Assembly: GCA_019244185.1 (NCBI GenBank)
Contig: JAFATB010000022.1
Coordinates: 256,001-320,000 of the forward strand
Direction: 5' to 3'
DNA length: 64,000 nt
Source: Acidobacteriota bacterium
GTDB lineage: Bacteria; Acidobacteriota; Thermoanaerobaculia; Gp7-AA8
Position numbers and translations under genes: made by a program. The notes beneath the pieces are model-generated. The model worked only from the letters and a program-made list of their open reading frames with translations, was not told where the DNA came from and made no database searches. Numbering within the stretch: the first letter of the stretch is position 1; every line of letters begins with the position of its first letter. Below are positions 63,736 through 64,000 of this stretch, one piece after another.

Positions 63736-64000
63736 CCTCTCCCGCACCGATCCTCGAGAGCGATCTCGAACGGAGTCCGTTCGCGCAGTTCAGCCGCTGG
63801 TTCGACGAGGCGCGGCAGCGCCAGCCGCAGATGCCCGAGGCCATGACGCTGTCGACGTGCGGCAACGATGGCGCGGTGAGCTCGCGGGTGGTGCTGCTCA
63901 AAGGCTTCGATGCGCGCGGCTTCGTCTTCTTCACGAACTACAGCAGCCGCAAGGGCGCGCAGATCAGCGAGAACCCGCGCGTGTCGCTCTGCTTCTTCTG
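63732..64000 (+). CDS. pdxH: Pyridoxine/pyridoxamine 5'-phosphate oxidase (3' partial)
   Basis: TTG 63732: 'PFAQFSRWFDEA...PEAMTLST...SRVVLLKGFDARGFVFFTNYSSRKG'. Confidence 0.92.
   Translation, partial: MTSPAPILESDLERSPFAQFSRWFDEARQRQPQMPEAMTLSTCGNDGAVSSRVVLLKGFDARGFVFFTNYSSRKGAQISENPRVSLCFF

Overview
High-GC chromosomal window with no rRNA, tRNA, CRISPR array or transposase/integrase visible. Gene content and style (secreted proteins ending in a TPCR...DVxGYF domain, GCAGAAY heptamer palindromes, Myxococcota/Geobacter-like chemosensory genes) suggest Acidobacteriota, probably Thermoanaerobaculia; this is inference. Contents from left to right: (1) a 5'-truncated NHL-repeat surface protein; (2) a ~12.5 kb surface-glycan locus (flippase, 2 methyltransferases, 2 GT4s, Wzy-like protein, WecA/MraY-fusion, epimerase, O-antigen ligase plus TPR) interrupted by a beta-helix gene; (3) an operon of two paralogous helical-repeat proteins, RodZ-like, DnaJ-TPR, PP2C, a UGA-recoded SelW/Rdx selenoprotein missed by the ORF track, YtfJ and GAF-HD-GYP; (4) gatCA, LysM-amidase and mscS; (5) an accessory patch with a 64-bp x4 palindrome-rich tandem array and a 1.4 kb foreign-looking gene flanked by 54-bp direct repeats that duplicate the 3' end of a PQQ-dehydrogenase/PKD gene; (6) ribH-nusB; (7) a complete chemosensory cluster with no chemoreceptor; (8) a ~15 kb respiratory cluster (4x[4Fe-4S] ferredoxin, Rieske, split cytochrome b6/subunit IV, octaheme cytochrome c, cupredoxin-like lipoprotein, A-family oxidase lacking the K-channel lysine, CtaA/CtaB/SCO); (9) partial pdxH. 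Strongest leads: the direct-repeat-flanked cassette at a conserved C-terminal-domain tail, the 64-bp array, the receptor-less Che system, the atypical respiratory chain and the selenoprotein. All family calls come from motif recognition by eye; no searches were run.
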